NCBI GenBank assembly: GCA_017556505.1
Contig: JAFYNS010000136.1
Span: 2,547 to 66,546, forward strand
Source: Bacillota bacterium
GTDB taxonomy: Bacteria > Bacillota > Clostridia > Peptostreptococcales > Anaerovoracaceae
Length of the DNA: 64,000 nt
Direction: 5' to 3'
The position numbers were made by a program, and so were the translations under genes. Below are positions 1 through 9,848 of this stretch, piece after piece; the stretch's first letter is position 1, and the number at the start of each line of letters is the position of its first letter. The notes below the pieces were generated by a model. That model worked only from the letters and a program-made list of their open reading frames with translations. It was not told the origin of the DNA and made no database searches.

Positions 1-450
1 AGACTCGCCAGCCTTCGCCCGGTATACTTCATTTCCGATTTTAATGGAGATTTCTCCCTTCAGAACGTAGCCGAATTCTTCTCCTTCGTGAGGGTTGTCT
101 GGATAGGTACTTCCGCCCGCTTTCAGCGTCAGCCGGATGGGCTCCATCATGTTTTTCTGTGCATTGGGAATGATCCATTCGGTGATGGTCTTCTGTTCTT
201 CGTCCACCTTCTCAAAATAGTCTTCGTCCCGGAAGACCACCTGCTTCTCACTCTCCTGCTTGGAGAAAAAGCTGCTCAGTTCCGTACCCAGACACTGGAG
301 AATATCTTCCAGGGTGGCAATGGATGGTGATGTCAGGTCATTTTCAAGCTGGGAAATAAATCCCTTGGACAGTTCACTTCGGTCTGCCAGCTCCTCCTGG
401 GTCAATCCGTTCAATATTCGTAATTCTCTGATTCTGCTGCCGATTTCCAT
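1..450 (-). CDS. XRE-family HTH transcriptional regulator with C-terminal cupin domain (3' end runs off the window edge)
   Basis: Own translation of the minus strand from the ATG at 448-450 gives MEIGSRIRELRILNGLTQEELADRSELSKGFISQLENDLTSPSIATLEDILQCLG, then a cupin-like ...PDNPHEGEEFGYVLKGEISIKIGNEVY. It is absent from the ORF track because the window start truncates it. Confidence 0.8.
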   Translation of the reverse strand, partial: MEIGSRIRELRILNGLTQEELADRSELSKGFISQLENDLTSPSIATLEDILQCLGTELSSFFSKQESEKQVVFRDEDYFEKVDEEQKTITEWIIPNAQKNMMEPIRLTLKAGGSTYPDNPHEGEEFGYVLKGEISIKIGNEVYRAKAGES

Positions 451-485
451 GATGCCATACCTGCCGTTTCGTAAAAATAAACTTT

Positions 486-506
486 AAGTTTAGAAATACT
501 AAACTT
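486..506. promoter_or_regulatory. Inverted repeat AAGTTTAG-N5-CTAAACTT upstream of the XRE/cupin gene; candidate auto-operator
   Basis: Perfect 8-bp arms at 486-493 and 499-506, about 36 nt upstream of the ATG at 450. Confidence 0.3.
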
Positions 507-516
507 CATATATATC

Positions 517-553
517 ATAATAAAAGAAACCCCCTGAAAAGTCAAGGGGTTTC
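517..553 (-). terminator. Rho-independent terminator of the Rpn-like gene
   Basis: GAAACCCC (526-533) pairs with GGGGTTTC (546-553). A T-run follows on the minus strand (A-rich 517-525 on plus). Confidence 0.6.
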
Positions 554-595
554 AAATGCATACCTGCCTTTCCTGCAATATATACATTTCAAATT

Positions 596-1519
596 TTAAA
601 GAGCTTTCACTTCCTCCATGCTCAGTCCGGTAGCCACCGAAATCACTTCAGCGGAAACACCCTGCACTTTCAGCCTTCTTGCAGTTTCCAGCTTTTCAGA
701 TATCAGTCTTTCTTCGGCCTGGGCTTTCTCTGCTTCCAGTTCCTCTTTCTCTGCTTCCAGCTTTTCAATCTCCGCTTTCAGCTTCTGCTCTCTATACGCA
801 TTGTCACCAGCCACAGTAATCATATTCTGCACCTCCGTACTTTCATTTGCACGGTCCACCAGTTCTTTAATCCGGCAGGTAAACTCATCTTCGCCTGCAT
901 CTTCATGATTTACATACTGATAGAAGGACCGCAGTTTCTCCGGAACTTTCTCTTCCGGACACTTCAGGTTTAGAATAATTGTAAACTGTTTATCTCCCAA
1001 TGGCAAGTACAAGTTTTCCTCCAGACTTTGGAACCGGTATACTGCCTCACCCAAACCGAAACAGTCGAAAAGACAGATAAATATCACATATCCTGGTTTC
1101 AGCTTACGGTATTCATCCCCGGTTTCCAGTGAAGTAATTGTCTTGGATGCCTGGTAATAACGGATTCTCAGCGGCATATCCGCCTCCCAGTCCACCTGCA
1201 TCTCGATATCAAACCATGCATCCTCATCTTCGAAAAGTGCATCAAAACGCACTGATTTCGACAATAATGCCGGAATCACCACCTTCTCTGTCTCCGCAGA
1301 CATCCAGCCGAAGGACCGTGAATCCCCCGGTTTTTCCGAATCTTCATCTGCAATGGACCGTGCCAAAGCATCCATCACCGGATTCTCCGAAAACCGCACT
1401 TCTCTTACTCTGCGGTCAGGGATAATACGGTTTACAAGCTCCTTACAAAGCTCCGCATCTCTCATGACAATGGCAAACATCAACTGTTCCGTAAACTTAT
1501 GATAAGTCCTCTTTCTCAT
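596..1519 (-). CDS. Rpn-family recombination-promoting nuclease / PD-(D/E)XK putative transposase
   Basis: 307-aa ORF. Core motif VRFDALFEDEDAWFDIEMQVD is typical of the PDDEXK_Tnp_1/Rpn family. It has a coiled-coil Glu/Lys tail and a C-terminal ...VISVATGLSMEEVKAL. Confidence 0.75.
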   Translation of the reverse strand: MRKRTYHKFTEQLMFAIVMRDAELCKELVNRIIPDRRVREVRFSENPVMDALARSIADEDSEKPGDSRSFGWMSAETEKVVIPALLSKSVRFDALFEDEDAWFDIEMQVDWEADMPLRIRYYQASKTITSLETGDEYRKLKPGYVIFICLFDCFGLGEAVYRFQSLEENLYLPLGDKQFTIILNLKCPEEKVPEKLRSFYQYVNHEDAGEDEFTCRIKELVDRANESTEVQNMITVAGDNAYREQKLKAEIEKLEAEKEELEAEKAQAEERLISEKLETARRLKVQGVSAEVISVATGLSMEEVKAL

Positions 1520-1733
1520 AACTTCATTCCTTTCCGAGTATGTAATTCAGAACGGTCGTGCACGAAGTTCTTATGTATAATATTAACATATTCAACCTGT
1601 TCCGCCAAGAAAAAGCCTTCGCCATGATTCGATGACAATCACTGAATTTCAACGTTCTTCGACAATATTCACCTCAGTTCGACAGCAATCGCCGCGGGAT
1701 AATAAGGGAATTATAAAAAGAAATTTACACAGA

Positions 1734-1770
1734 AAAACAACCAGGACGCATCTCTGCGCCCCAGTTGTTT
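1734..1770 (-). terminator. Probable terminator of the giant surface-protein gene
   Basis: AAACAAC (1735-1741) pairs with GTTGTTT (1764-1770), with an inner CGCA/TGCG stem. TTTTCTGTG follows on the minus strand. Confidence 0.45.
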
Positions 1771-1810
1771 CGTTTGAACTTCTGTATAGTTAGAGTAACA
1801 TACACTCCCT

Positions 1811-4800
1811 TTAGAATTTTCTCCACGCCTTTGCAGACCATTCGCTGCAGTACTTCTTACCATTCAGTTCCACATAGCCGCGAACTTTGTAGTAGTATGT
1901 ATTTCCAGCTTCCAGTTCCTTGTTATTGGTATAGGAAGTCTTCGTTGTTGTGAAGATTGGCTTCTTGCCGAATCCGCTGTAACGCTTCGCAGATCGGAAG
2001 ATCTGATATCCGTCGAAGAAGTCAGTATCATCACCGTCGGCTTCAAACCACCAGATTTTGATGGCTTTTCTGCCGTTGAGTCTGGTGCTCTTGCTTCGGG
2101 TTACCAGCTGAATGCCGTCGATTTTGCCCAGCAAAATTTCTTCTTCGCTCTGCTGCATCTTCACCAGCACCTGTACCTTGTCTCCCGTCTTCAGTCCGGT
2201 CAGGGAAGTTACCTTACCCATGGACTTTCCGTTTACCAGAACTTCTTCCAGCTCATAGCCTTCTTCTACTGTGATTTCAGCCTTCGTACCATAATTGGTC
2301 AGCTTCACGTCTGCACCTTCTCCCGCTTCCACTTCTGGTTTCTGCAGTTCCGGTATTTCATTGTAGATCATCTGGTTTTCTGCTGTCTTAATCAGGCCAT
2401 TGATTCGGTCGATTTCTGCCTGCATGGAAGCCTTTTCTTCTGCCGTGTAATTGGAATCACCCATTAAAGCTTCCAGAGCCTTCTTCGCTTCTTCCAGCTT
2501 TGTCCTGGTTTCTCTAAGTGAAGAATTACTTGTCTTCTTAACATCATTTTCTGTGATATCCTCTGCTGCGCTTAAAGCATCCTTCAGTTCAGCCTGATCT
2601 GCTGCAATCTTAGCCAGGATTTCCTGTGCCTCTGCAATGGCTTCATCCAGCTGATCTTTCTGCGCCTTTGTCAGGTTTTCGTCGGACTTCTTTTCTGTGA
2701 TTTCAGAAATCAGTTCTTCTACCGTTGCTTTGTCTGCAGAGGTGATTGTATCTGGATTCAAAGCAGCCGCTCTGTCTTCCAGTGCCTTTACTTCCGCTTC
2801 AGTGTCTGTGATGACCTTTTCCAGTGCTTCGATACGGTCGATTTCTTCCTGTACCTTTGCCTTTTCTGCATCGGTGTAGTTGTCATCTGTCAGCAGTTCT
2901 TTCAGCTTCGCCTTGGCTTCTGCCAATGCCTTGCTGTCATCTGCAGTTACATTGGCATCGGTGATTGCTTCTGCTGATTTCAGTGCGTATTCCAGAACTT
3001 TCTGATCTTCTGCCATCTTATCCAGAACATCTTCCATCTGGTCGATAGTATTCTGCACCTGTCCCTTCTGTTCTTCCGTCAAGTTCGGATGATTCAGCTG
3101 CTCCTTCAGTTCGTTCAGCAGATCTTCCACAGAATCTTTATCTGCGCTGGTTACCTTTTCCGGATCCACCGCATCCGCTGCGCCCGTCAGACTGTCGAAA
3201 GCTGCCTTGGCATCTTCAATTGCCTTCTGCAGAGCAGCTACGTTCGCCTGCGCCTGCTTCAGAGCCTGAAGTTCCTCATCGGCTGCATAAGTTCTGTCTA
3301 CCGCTGCCAGTGCATCTTCTACCGCCTTGATGGCTGTAGAATCATCTGCAGTTACGCTGTCCACTGTCAGTTCCTGAATGGACTGGCTGATGGATGCAAT
3401 TGGTTTCATGAATACAGTGACAGATGTGCTGTTTCCCGCCTTGTCCTTTACCGTTATGGTGTATGTTTTATCCACATTTCCTGCCAGTACACGTTCTGTC
3501 AGTTCCCCTTCTGCCAGGTTCTTATCAGAAACCTGTACCTTCTGGGTTGTATAGTATGTAGCACCGCCGATCACACCAGTGAGTGCTGGTGCAGTCAGGT
3601 CGAATTCCATACCGTCTGTAGAAATATAGGTTTTGTTTCCTGCTTTGTCCGTGATTCGGATGTAGTAAACATACTGTTTCGCATCTTCTGCAGTTACACT
3701 TACCTTGCCGCCGGAAACTTTGGTCCAGGTGTCTATGTTCTTCACAGCATCTTCTGTCATTGCAGTTTCCGCCTGACAGTATTCGATAGTCTTTACGCCA
3801 GAGAGTTCATCTGTCGCGCTTACTTCCAGTTCTACTGTCTCATTGAAGAATAATCCGAACGTAATTCTGTTCAGCAGGGAATTCCAGGTGTGATCTTCCA
3901 GCTTCACCTCACCGCTTGGTGCAATGGTATCGGTAACCACTACAGTTGCCTTGCCCTGTACGGTTTCATAGTTATCAGTATCTACTGGTGTGAACGTATA
4001 CGCTACCGTATTTTCACCCCATACCAGAGTTGAGTCTGTATAATCTACTGACAGGCTGCCTGCCACAGATACATCGGTTCTGGACAGAACAACCGCTGCC
4101 GCTGATGTTTCATTGGCTGGAATGTCTGCACTTACCGTTCCGATTTCCGGAACTGCTCTGGCAATAGATACCTTTACACTTCCTGCTGCAGAGTCCTTAT
4201 GGTTTGCATCACCGAGCACTTTATAGGATACGGTATATTCCCCTGCATTCACTGCGCCTGGCACCTCGGTGCTCCACGGATCGTCACCCAGCTTGTACAG
4301 CATGCTGCCATGTTCTGTAGAACCGGCTATTACCAGAGTCTTTTCGCTGCCGTCATATACCAGACCGCTGACAGCCTGTGGTGCAGTAAATACCGCTTCT
4401 GCCTTTTCGATGGTGAATGTCCATGCGTCATCAGTCAGTCCAGTCACTGGCTTGTAGTTTGCACCTTCTGCCACATCAATCTTCACAGTATAGGTTCCTG
4501 CGTTGACAGGAGATACTTCCCTATTTCCCTGATAGTACTTCACAGTTATGCTGCCCATGCCGGTGATGGAAGCCGCAGAAGCCAGACCTGCAGATTTTGC
4601 CAGGCCGTCATAGGGCAGACCAGTTGGAGCAGTGAAAACAAAGTCAGACACTGCAGGAGCCGCTTTCTCGATAGTAAAGGTTCCACTTGCAGTTCCGGCG
4701 TAATTGCCCTTACCGGTTACGGTCACCTTCGCACTACCTGCGTTGGTGTTATCAGAATAACTTACCGCATAATCATCACTTGTCAAAATCTTTCCGTCCA

Positions 4801-7800
4801 GCCTTACGGTCACGTCCGGCTCCTGTGCCTGGCCGTTATATGTCACCGAAGCCGGAGCTGCACTTACCGCTGCGCCTGCTATGGACGCCGGGGCGATGGT
4901 GTACTCTGCGGAAATGGTCTGTCCGCCCAGAGTGATGGATGCTGTGTAGCTTCCTGCGTTAACAGGATATCCACCGGTGAGATCACCGCTGTAAACCACA
5001 GTCACTGTGTCGCCGGTCGTCAGATGATTTGTCACATCCGCTTCTATCGCACTGCCTGTATAGGTCAGGTCCGCCGGTGGTGCAATCGTCACAGAACCGC
5101 CATCGCCATTTTCCTTAATACATCCTTCCGCATTACAGATTGCTTTGATTGTGTTTTCTGATCTTGTATAGGTCCAGCTGTGAATATGGTTGGTGTAGCT
5201 TTCACTGGTACTGTCATGGAAAACGACAGTGCCGTGGAACTGTGGATAATCCTGCTTGTCTTCACCGGTTAACGTCTGATACCACACCAGATCTCCGGTG
5301 GACTTGGAGCCATTGAGCTTGTAGGCAATTTCGCCGGAAGCGAAGGCTTCTGCACTGACACCGTAAGCCGAGTCTGTCACAGTTCCCAAATATTCGCTGT
5401 CTGCAAGCTTGTTGTAGTCCGTATAACAATGATCAATTTTTCCGATTCGTGTGGTATTCTCTTCCATCCCCTGGTTGTATGCTGTAATGCCGCCATTTCG
5501 ATAGCCATACAAGGTATGACCTGCAACGTAGCAATTTTCAATGGTTCCGCCAAGATTACTTACTGTAATACCACCTGAATAACTGGAGCCCCAATAATCT
5601 CCGCTAATCACTTTCGTGTTTTTTACGAAGCAGTTTGATACCTTTCCACCCAGAATCTGTGAAGCGATCATTCCTGCAGTCGGGCTGGTTAAGGCAGCAT
5701 AATGAACTGTAATATCTTCCATCCCCAAGTTCTTCACAGTGCCGGAAAGGGATCCAAACAGGCCTAATGGTGCATACACTTCAATCTGACCGCCGCTTTT
5801 TATGGTAATATTAGATATCACATGACCATCCCCGTCAAATGTACCCTGATACCCTGTCTCTGTATGGTTCACATCATCGATGTAGTTTGGAGTTCCGGCC
5901 GGTGTAAGCCATACGGTGCCGGTCATGTCGATATCGGCAGTCAGTTTGGCATTGGCAGACAGATGATCTTTGCTGGTTTCCAGATATTCATTGAACCACA
6001 GCAGCTGGCCGGCATTGGAAATCAGATAGACGCCATTCTCCGCTTCCGGCTGCTCGTTATGTTTGCATACAGTACAGATACCGTTCTCCATGGTATGGCG
6101 GACAGTCTCCTTTACTGCACCGCAGCAGGCATGTTTCACAGTATGAAGAATTCCTGGAACGTTCTTATCCGCTTCATAGGTATAAGCTGCACTTTCGTGG
6201 TTGTCCGGATTAAACTCCCCTACGTCTATGCCACATACATCGCAGACTGCTCTGGTCTGGCAGGTTGCTTCCGTGAGCGTCGCCACATGAATATGCTCAC
6301 AGATAAAGGTTCCCGTATTTGTTTCGGAAATCATTCCGATATAGTTTATGCCATCTGATACAACGCAGGTCGGCTGGCTGCCGGATGGCAGATAGAAATA
6401 CAGGGTATTTTTTATCGGCATCACATCCGCGAATCCGTACTGAATCGCAGACTCGCCGGCGTTCATTTCTGTAATCAGGCTGTCAATCGCAGTATCATCT
6501 AATCCCTTTAAGGTAATGGTATACAGAGAAAGGGCTTCACTTCCGTTGGTTATGCTGCCTACAATTCCTTCCGTTCCTGCAGCATACACATTTCCCCCGT
6601 TGATTGTAACAGTACCTTCTTCACAGCCCCATCCCGGACCGATATCATAAGTTGCCTGTCCGGTTGCCCGGATGGTTCCGCCGTTAATGGTAATATGCGG
6701 TGCTGCCTGAGAATGACCGGAGCCGATTCCTGCTGAGTCAGGGCCTCCCACAGCTTCAATTCTGCCGCCGTTAATGGTAATTCTGCCGCTGAGGTTATCA
6801 TAAGCACCAGCCGCCCCAATTCCAGCAGCACCGGCATACTCGTATTCATGATTCAACGCCGTAACGCTTCCGCCATTGATGGTGATATATCCCATATCCC
6901 CCCCATAGGCAGTACCGATTGCTGCGCCTGTCCCATAGGATTGTGCAGTAATGGTTCCGCTGTTTATTGTAATCTTACCGTTACCTGGCTCTTTATAGAT
7001 ATTCGAACCACCTCCGCCGATCGCAGTACCGCCTTTTTTACTTCCAGTTACATCCAGGCTTCCGACACCTTCAATGGTGACAGAAGCACCCGTCGGCACA
7101 TAAATCCCCGGCAGCATATAGGCTCCGCCGGTCAGCTGGTTTCTGCCAATCAGCGTAATGGATGCATGTGCGGAAGGCGCAATGTCAACTGGGGAAACAG
7201 TGCTTTCCCCGGTAATGGTACAGCTGTCCAGAATCAGTTTCACGCTGGCGCCTTCCTCTATGGTAATGCCGTTTGAAGTAACGTTTTCGCCATCCCCGTA
7301 TATGCGAACCATCGCATCACTGCTTACCTGATAGGATCTGCCATCATGCGTGATGATAAGCTTCCCTCCGCCTGCCGCCTTAATGGTAACAGGAGATTTC
7401 AAAATATCATACTCGTTAGGAACAGCTTCTACTGTAAAAGCAAAATCCTCCACATAGGCAGTCCCCATGCCTGCTCCATTTTCAATTTTGCCACGGAGTG
7501 TGAGAGTGCCCGCCGCTGAGGCGGAAAATGCGTTATACGCGTCAGCAGGAATGGCCGTTTCCACGCCATCAACAACGGTATACCATGTTATGTTCTGATA
7601 ATCTGCATGTTCCGGCAGAACGGCCACACCTTCCGTCAGGTTCAGTTTCTCACCCTGTACTGCATCCTGTGACGCACTGTGTCTTTCAAACTGAATATCG
7701 GTAACCGGTACCAGCTGGTGTTCGCAGACAGTACAATTATTGTCCGCCCCGAAGATATGTGCAGTACATACATTGCCGCATATCATACAGGTATTATCAT

Positions 7801-9031
7801 CATACGCGTGCATGCCCGGCTGAATGGTATATCCGCAGACAATACAGTCTCCGCCCTCGTTACAGGTATCATGCAGGTCATGTACGCCTTCCTGGCCTTT
7901 CGCACCGCAAAGTATGCACACAGCTGCGTGTGTACCCTCGGTATAAGACCAGAGACTTGTGTGTGTCTCAATCAGACCGCAAACCTCACCATTGGAAAAG
8001 CTGCTGAGTTCCTTGCACAGTACACTCTCTTCCTCTACAACGCAGGATCCGGTATTTTTCTCAGTTGATCCTACAGACTGCCATTTTGATGGGACATAGT
8101 AACTGTTACTGAGAAATACATAACTCGGATTCCCTACAAGCGCTCCCGTGTAGTAAATTCGGCTCCCGCCTGTATAGGTATTTACTACGGTGCCCCTATT
8201 GTAGCAGCCAGAGACGATGCTCATCTTATTCGTTCCGTACACAGTTCTTGTACCGCCCAGGAGTCCTCCCACTTCGGAAAGGTTATCCCATACAGTGACA
8301 GTCCCTGCATATCCGCATTGCAGCAGATAGTCGTTAAGGGAGATACCTACGATACCGCCGGCTGCGAATGCTGAATTAACCGACGCTTCACTGTAACATT
8401 TATAAAAATTGGTTCCTGCTGAATCCGCTGCAATAGAGCCGACGCTTGCCGTTTCACCAGAAGCAGCGAACCAGGAATCCAGAATTGCAACATTAGTAAT
8501 TTCGGAGTTATGGGTGAAAGCAAACACCCCCGCACCGCCGCCATCTTCCGGCACCACGCAGTAGATTCCACTGATGGAAAAGCCGTTGCCGCGGAACTGT
8601 CCCTTGAACGGATTCTCTGCAGTTCCGATCGGCATCCATCCGCGAAGAGAGGATTCATTGGAAACCAGCGTTCCATCCCCGTTCAGCACTTTTTCATTGA
8701 CAACGATATCTTTCATCAACCATCCATTGGTCGTTCTGTTGTTGGCACCCCCATTTACAAATTCCGCAAACCAGTAAAGCTGCCCTGCATTGGAAATTTC
8801 ATAAAATGAGGTCTGGCTTAATACGGCCGGCTGATATCCGCCGCATGCGGTGCAGAATCCGTTATGATATACCCCGGTACATCCATCTGTACTTCCGCAG
8901 GCTGCGCCTTCCAGCCGCTCTGCCCCGTAGGCGGCACTGCCAGTACCGCCCACCGGCATCAGGGTCATCACCAGGCACATGCTCAGTACCAGGCTTAAAA
9001 TCCGTTTCCACTTTGATGTCAAGTTCTTCAT
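1811..9031 (-). CDS. Giant secreted multi-domain surface protein (2406 aa), adhesin-like
   Basis: N-terminal signal peptide (MKNLTSKWKRILSLVLSMCLVMTLMPVGG). Two ISNAGQL(Y/L)WF beta-helix modules (GLUG-like). Several Cys-rich CxxC segments. A run of ITINGG(T/S/R/N) parallel beta-helix turns at approx 6500-7450. Four to five Y(N/D)G...NAG.Y...I Ig-like repeats at approx 4200-5100 (MBG/Big-like). Two tandem alpha-helical repeats at 2369-2746 and 2747-3154. A C-terminal FN3-like domain at approx 1814-2125. I saw no LPXTG, SLH or choline-binding anchor. Confidence 0.85.
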   Translation of the reverse strand: MKNLTSKWKRILSLVLSMCLVMTLMPVGGTGSAAYGAERLEGAACGSTDGCTGVYHNGFCTACGGYQPAVLSQTSFYEISNAGQLYWFAEFVNGGANNRTTNGWLMKDIVVNEKVLNGDGTLVSNESSLRGWMPIGTAENPFKGQFRGNGFSISGIYCVVPEDGGGAGVFAFTHNSEITNVAILDSWFAASGETASVGSIAADSAGTNFYKCYSEASVNSAFAAGGIVGISLNDYLLQCGYAGTVTVWDNLSEVGGLLGGTRTVYGTNKMSIVSGCYNRGTVVNTYTGGSRIYYTGALVGNPSYVFLSNSYYVPSKWQSVGSTEKNTGSCVVEEESVLCKELSSFSNGEVCGLIETHTSLWSYTEGTHAAVCILCGAKGQEGVHDLHDTCNEGGDCIVCGYTIQPGMHAYDDNTCMICGNVCTAHIFGADNNCTVCEHQLVPVTDIQFERHSASQDAVQGEKLNLTEGVAVLPEHADYQNITWYTVVDGVETAIPADAYNAFSASAAGTLTLRGKIENGAGMGTAYVEDFAFTVEAVPNEYDILKSPVTIKAAGGGKLIITHDGRSYQVSSDAMVRIYGDGENVTSNGITIEEGASVKLILDSCTITGESTVSPVDIAPSAHASITLIGRNQLTGGAYMLPGIYVPTGASVTIEGVGSLDVTGSKKGGTAIGGGGSNIYKEPGNGKITINSGTITAQSYGTGAAIGTAYGGDMGYITINGGSVTALNHEYEYAGAAGIGAAGAYDNLSGRITINGGRIEAVGGPDSAGIGSGHSQAAPHITINGGTIRATGQATYDIGPGWGCEEGTVTINGGNVYAAGTEGIVGSITNGSEALSLYTITLKGLDDTAIDSLITEMNAGESAIQYGFADVMPIKNTLYFYLPSGSQPTCVVSDGINYIGMISETNTGTFICEHIHVATLTEATCQTRAVCDVCGIDVGEFNPDNHESAAYTYEADKNVPGILHTVKHACCGAVKETVRHTMENGICTVCKHNEQPEAENGVYLISNAGQLLWFNEYLETSKDHLSANAKLTADIDMTGTVWLTPAGTPNYIDDVNHTETGYQGTFDGDGHVISNITIKSGGQIEVYAPLGLFGSLSGTVKNLGMEDITVHYAALTSPTAGMIASQILGGKVSNCFVKNTKVISGDYWGSSYSGGITVSNLGGTIENCYVAGHTLYGYRNGGITAYNQGMEENTTRIGKIDHCYTDYNKLADSEYLGTVTDSAYGVSAEAFASGEIAYKLNGSKSTGDLVWYQTLTGEDKQDYPQFHGTVVFHDSTSESYTNHIHSWTYTRSENTIKAICNAEGCIKENGDGGSVTIAPPADLTYTGSAIEADVTNHLTTGDTVTVVYSGDLTGGYPVNAGSYTASITLGGQTISAEYTIAPASIAGAAVSAAPASVTYNGQAQEPDVTVRLDGKILTSDDYAVSYSDNTNAGSAKVTVTGKGNYAGTASGTFTIEKAAPAVSDFVFTAPTGLPYDGLAKSAGLASAASITGMGSITVKYYQGNREVSPVNAGTYTVKIDVAEGANYKPVTGLTDDAWTFTIEKAEAVFTAPQAVSGLVYDGSEKTLVIAGSTEHGSMLYKLGDDPWSTEVPGAVNAGEYTVSYKVLGDANHKDSAAGSVKVSIARAVPEIGTVSADIPANETSAAAVVLSRTDVSVAGSLSVDYTDSTLVWGENTVAYTFTPVDTDNYETVQGKATVVVTDTIAPSGEVKLEDHTWNSLLNRITFGLFFNETVELEVSATDELSGVKTIEYCQAETAMTEDAVKNIDTWTKVSGGKVSVTAEDAKQYVYYIRITDKAGNKTYISTDGMEFDLTAPALTGVIGGATYYTTQKVQVSDKNLAEGELTERVLAGNVDKTYTITVKDKAGNSTSVTVFMKPIASISQSIQELTVDSVTADDSTAIKAVEDALAAVDRTYAADEELQALKQAQANVAALQKAIEDAKAAFDSLTGAADAVDPEKVTSADKDSVEDLLNELKEQLNHPNLTEEQKGQVQNTIDQMEDVLDKMAEDQKVLEYALKSAEAITDANVTADDSKALAEAKAKLKELLTDDNYTDAEKAKVQEEIDRIEALEKVITDTEAEVKALEDRAAALNPDTITSADKATVEELISEITEKKSDENLTKAQKDQLDEAIAEAQEILAKIAADQAELKDALSAAEDITENDVKKTSNSSLRETRTKLEEAKKALEALMGDSNYTAEEKASMQAEIDRINGLIKTAENQMIYNEIPELQKPEVEAGEGADVKLTNYGTKAEITVEEGYELEEVLVNGKSMGKVTSLTGLKTGDKVQVLVKMQQSEEEILLGKIDGIQLVTRSKSTRLNGRKAIKIWWFEADGDDTDFFDGYQIFRSAKRYSGFGKKPIFTTTKTSYTNNKELEAGNTYYYKVRGYVELNGKKYCSEWSAKAWRKF

Positions 9032-9053
9032 TCCATTTTCTCCTTTTGATAAG

Positions 9054-9848
9054 TCAATTTTTATTCATCATCCAGTGAAGCTGGCCGTTCCGTTCTTCGG
9101 CCCAGTCATATTCCTGCAGGTAAGCCCCCCTGTATATTCGTGCAGTCTGCGGATCCCCTCCCAGGAGCCGGTACAGATCACAGTCCACCTCATCCACCTT
9201 CAGATAACGGCGGTTTTCCGAGGCTGCAATGATATGACCGATCCCTGCGTTTTCCAGCGCATCTGCCAGCCGCTTGTATGTCATACGGTACAGGGACTGG
9301 GTTGCCGCGTCCGCCGTCCGCTCCGGCCAGATGCAGGAAATTGCTTCACCTACCGTAACGCCCCGTTCGCCCCGGTCAACCAGAAGTGCCAGCATCTCCC
9401 TCGTTTTCGTTCCGGAGATATGCAGTGGAATACCATCTACCGTTATACTGAAAGATGGTATGGTTTCAATGACCACCCGGTGGGAAGGCAACGCTTTCCA
9501 GCTGCATTTCGCAAGTTCTTTTCGGATATCGGCAGCCGTATAGGGTTTCAGAAGATACCCGGTGGCATCCACTCCCCAGGCATCCAGAGCAAACTCCGTA
9601 TACGCAGTAACGAAAATCACCCGGATCCGCGGATCCAGCGCCTTCAGTTCTTTCGCCAGTTCCAGTCCGTGTATACCCGGCATTTCCATATCGAGAAAGG
9701 CCGCATCAATTCCCCCCTGCCGGGCAAACTCCAGTGCCTCACGGCCATCTTGAAAGACGTAGGTTTCCTTAAGCTCCACAAAATTTGCTGTAGTCAGCCG
9801 GAAGTTATCCAGTGCCGGCAGCTCATCATCTACATAGATAATTCTCAT
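9054..9848 (-). CDS. Response regulator: REC domain plus OmpR/SARP-like winged-helix output
   Basis: MRIIYVDDE...AFLDMEMPGIHG (REC), then TKTREMLALLVDRGERGVTVGEAISCIWPE...LYRMTYKRLADAL (winged helix). ATGA start/stop overlap with the kinase gene. It lies 22 nt upstream of the giant ORF. Confidence 0.85.
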   Translation of the reverse strand: MRIIYVDDELPALDNFRLTTANFVELKETYVFQDGREALEFARQGGIDAAFLDMEMPGIHGLELAKELKALDPRIRVIFVTAYTEFALDAWGVDATGYLLKPYTAADIRKELAKCSWKALPSHRVVIETIPSFSITVDGIPLHISGTKTREMLALLVDRGERGVTVGEAISCIWPERTADAATQSLYRMTYKRLADALENAGIGHIIAASENRRYLKVDEVDCDLYRLLGGDPQTARIYRGAYLQEYDWAEERNGQLHWMMNKN

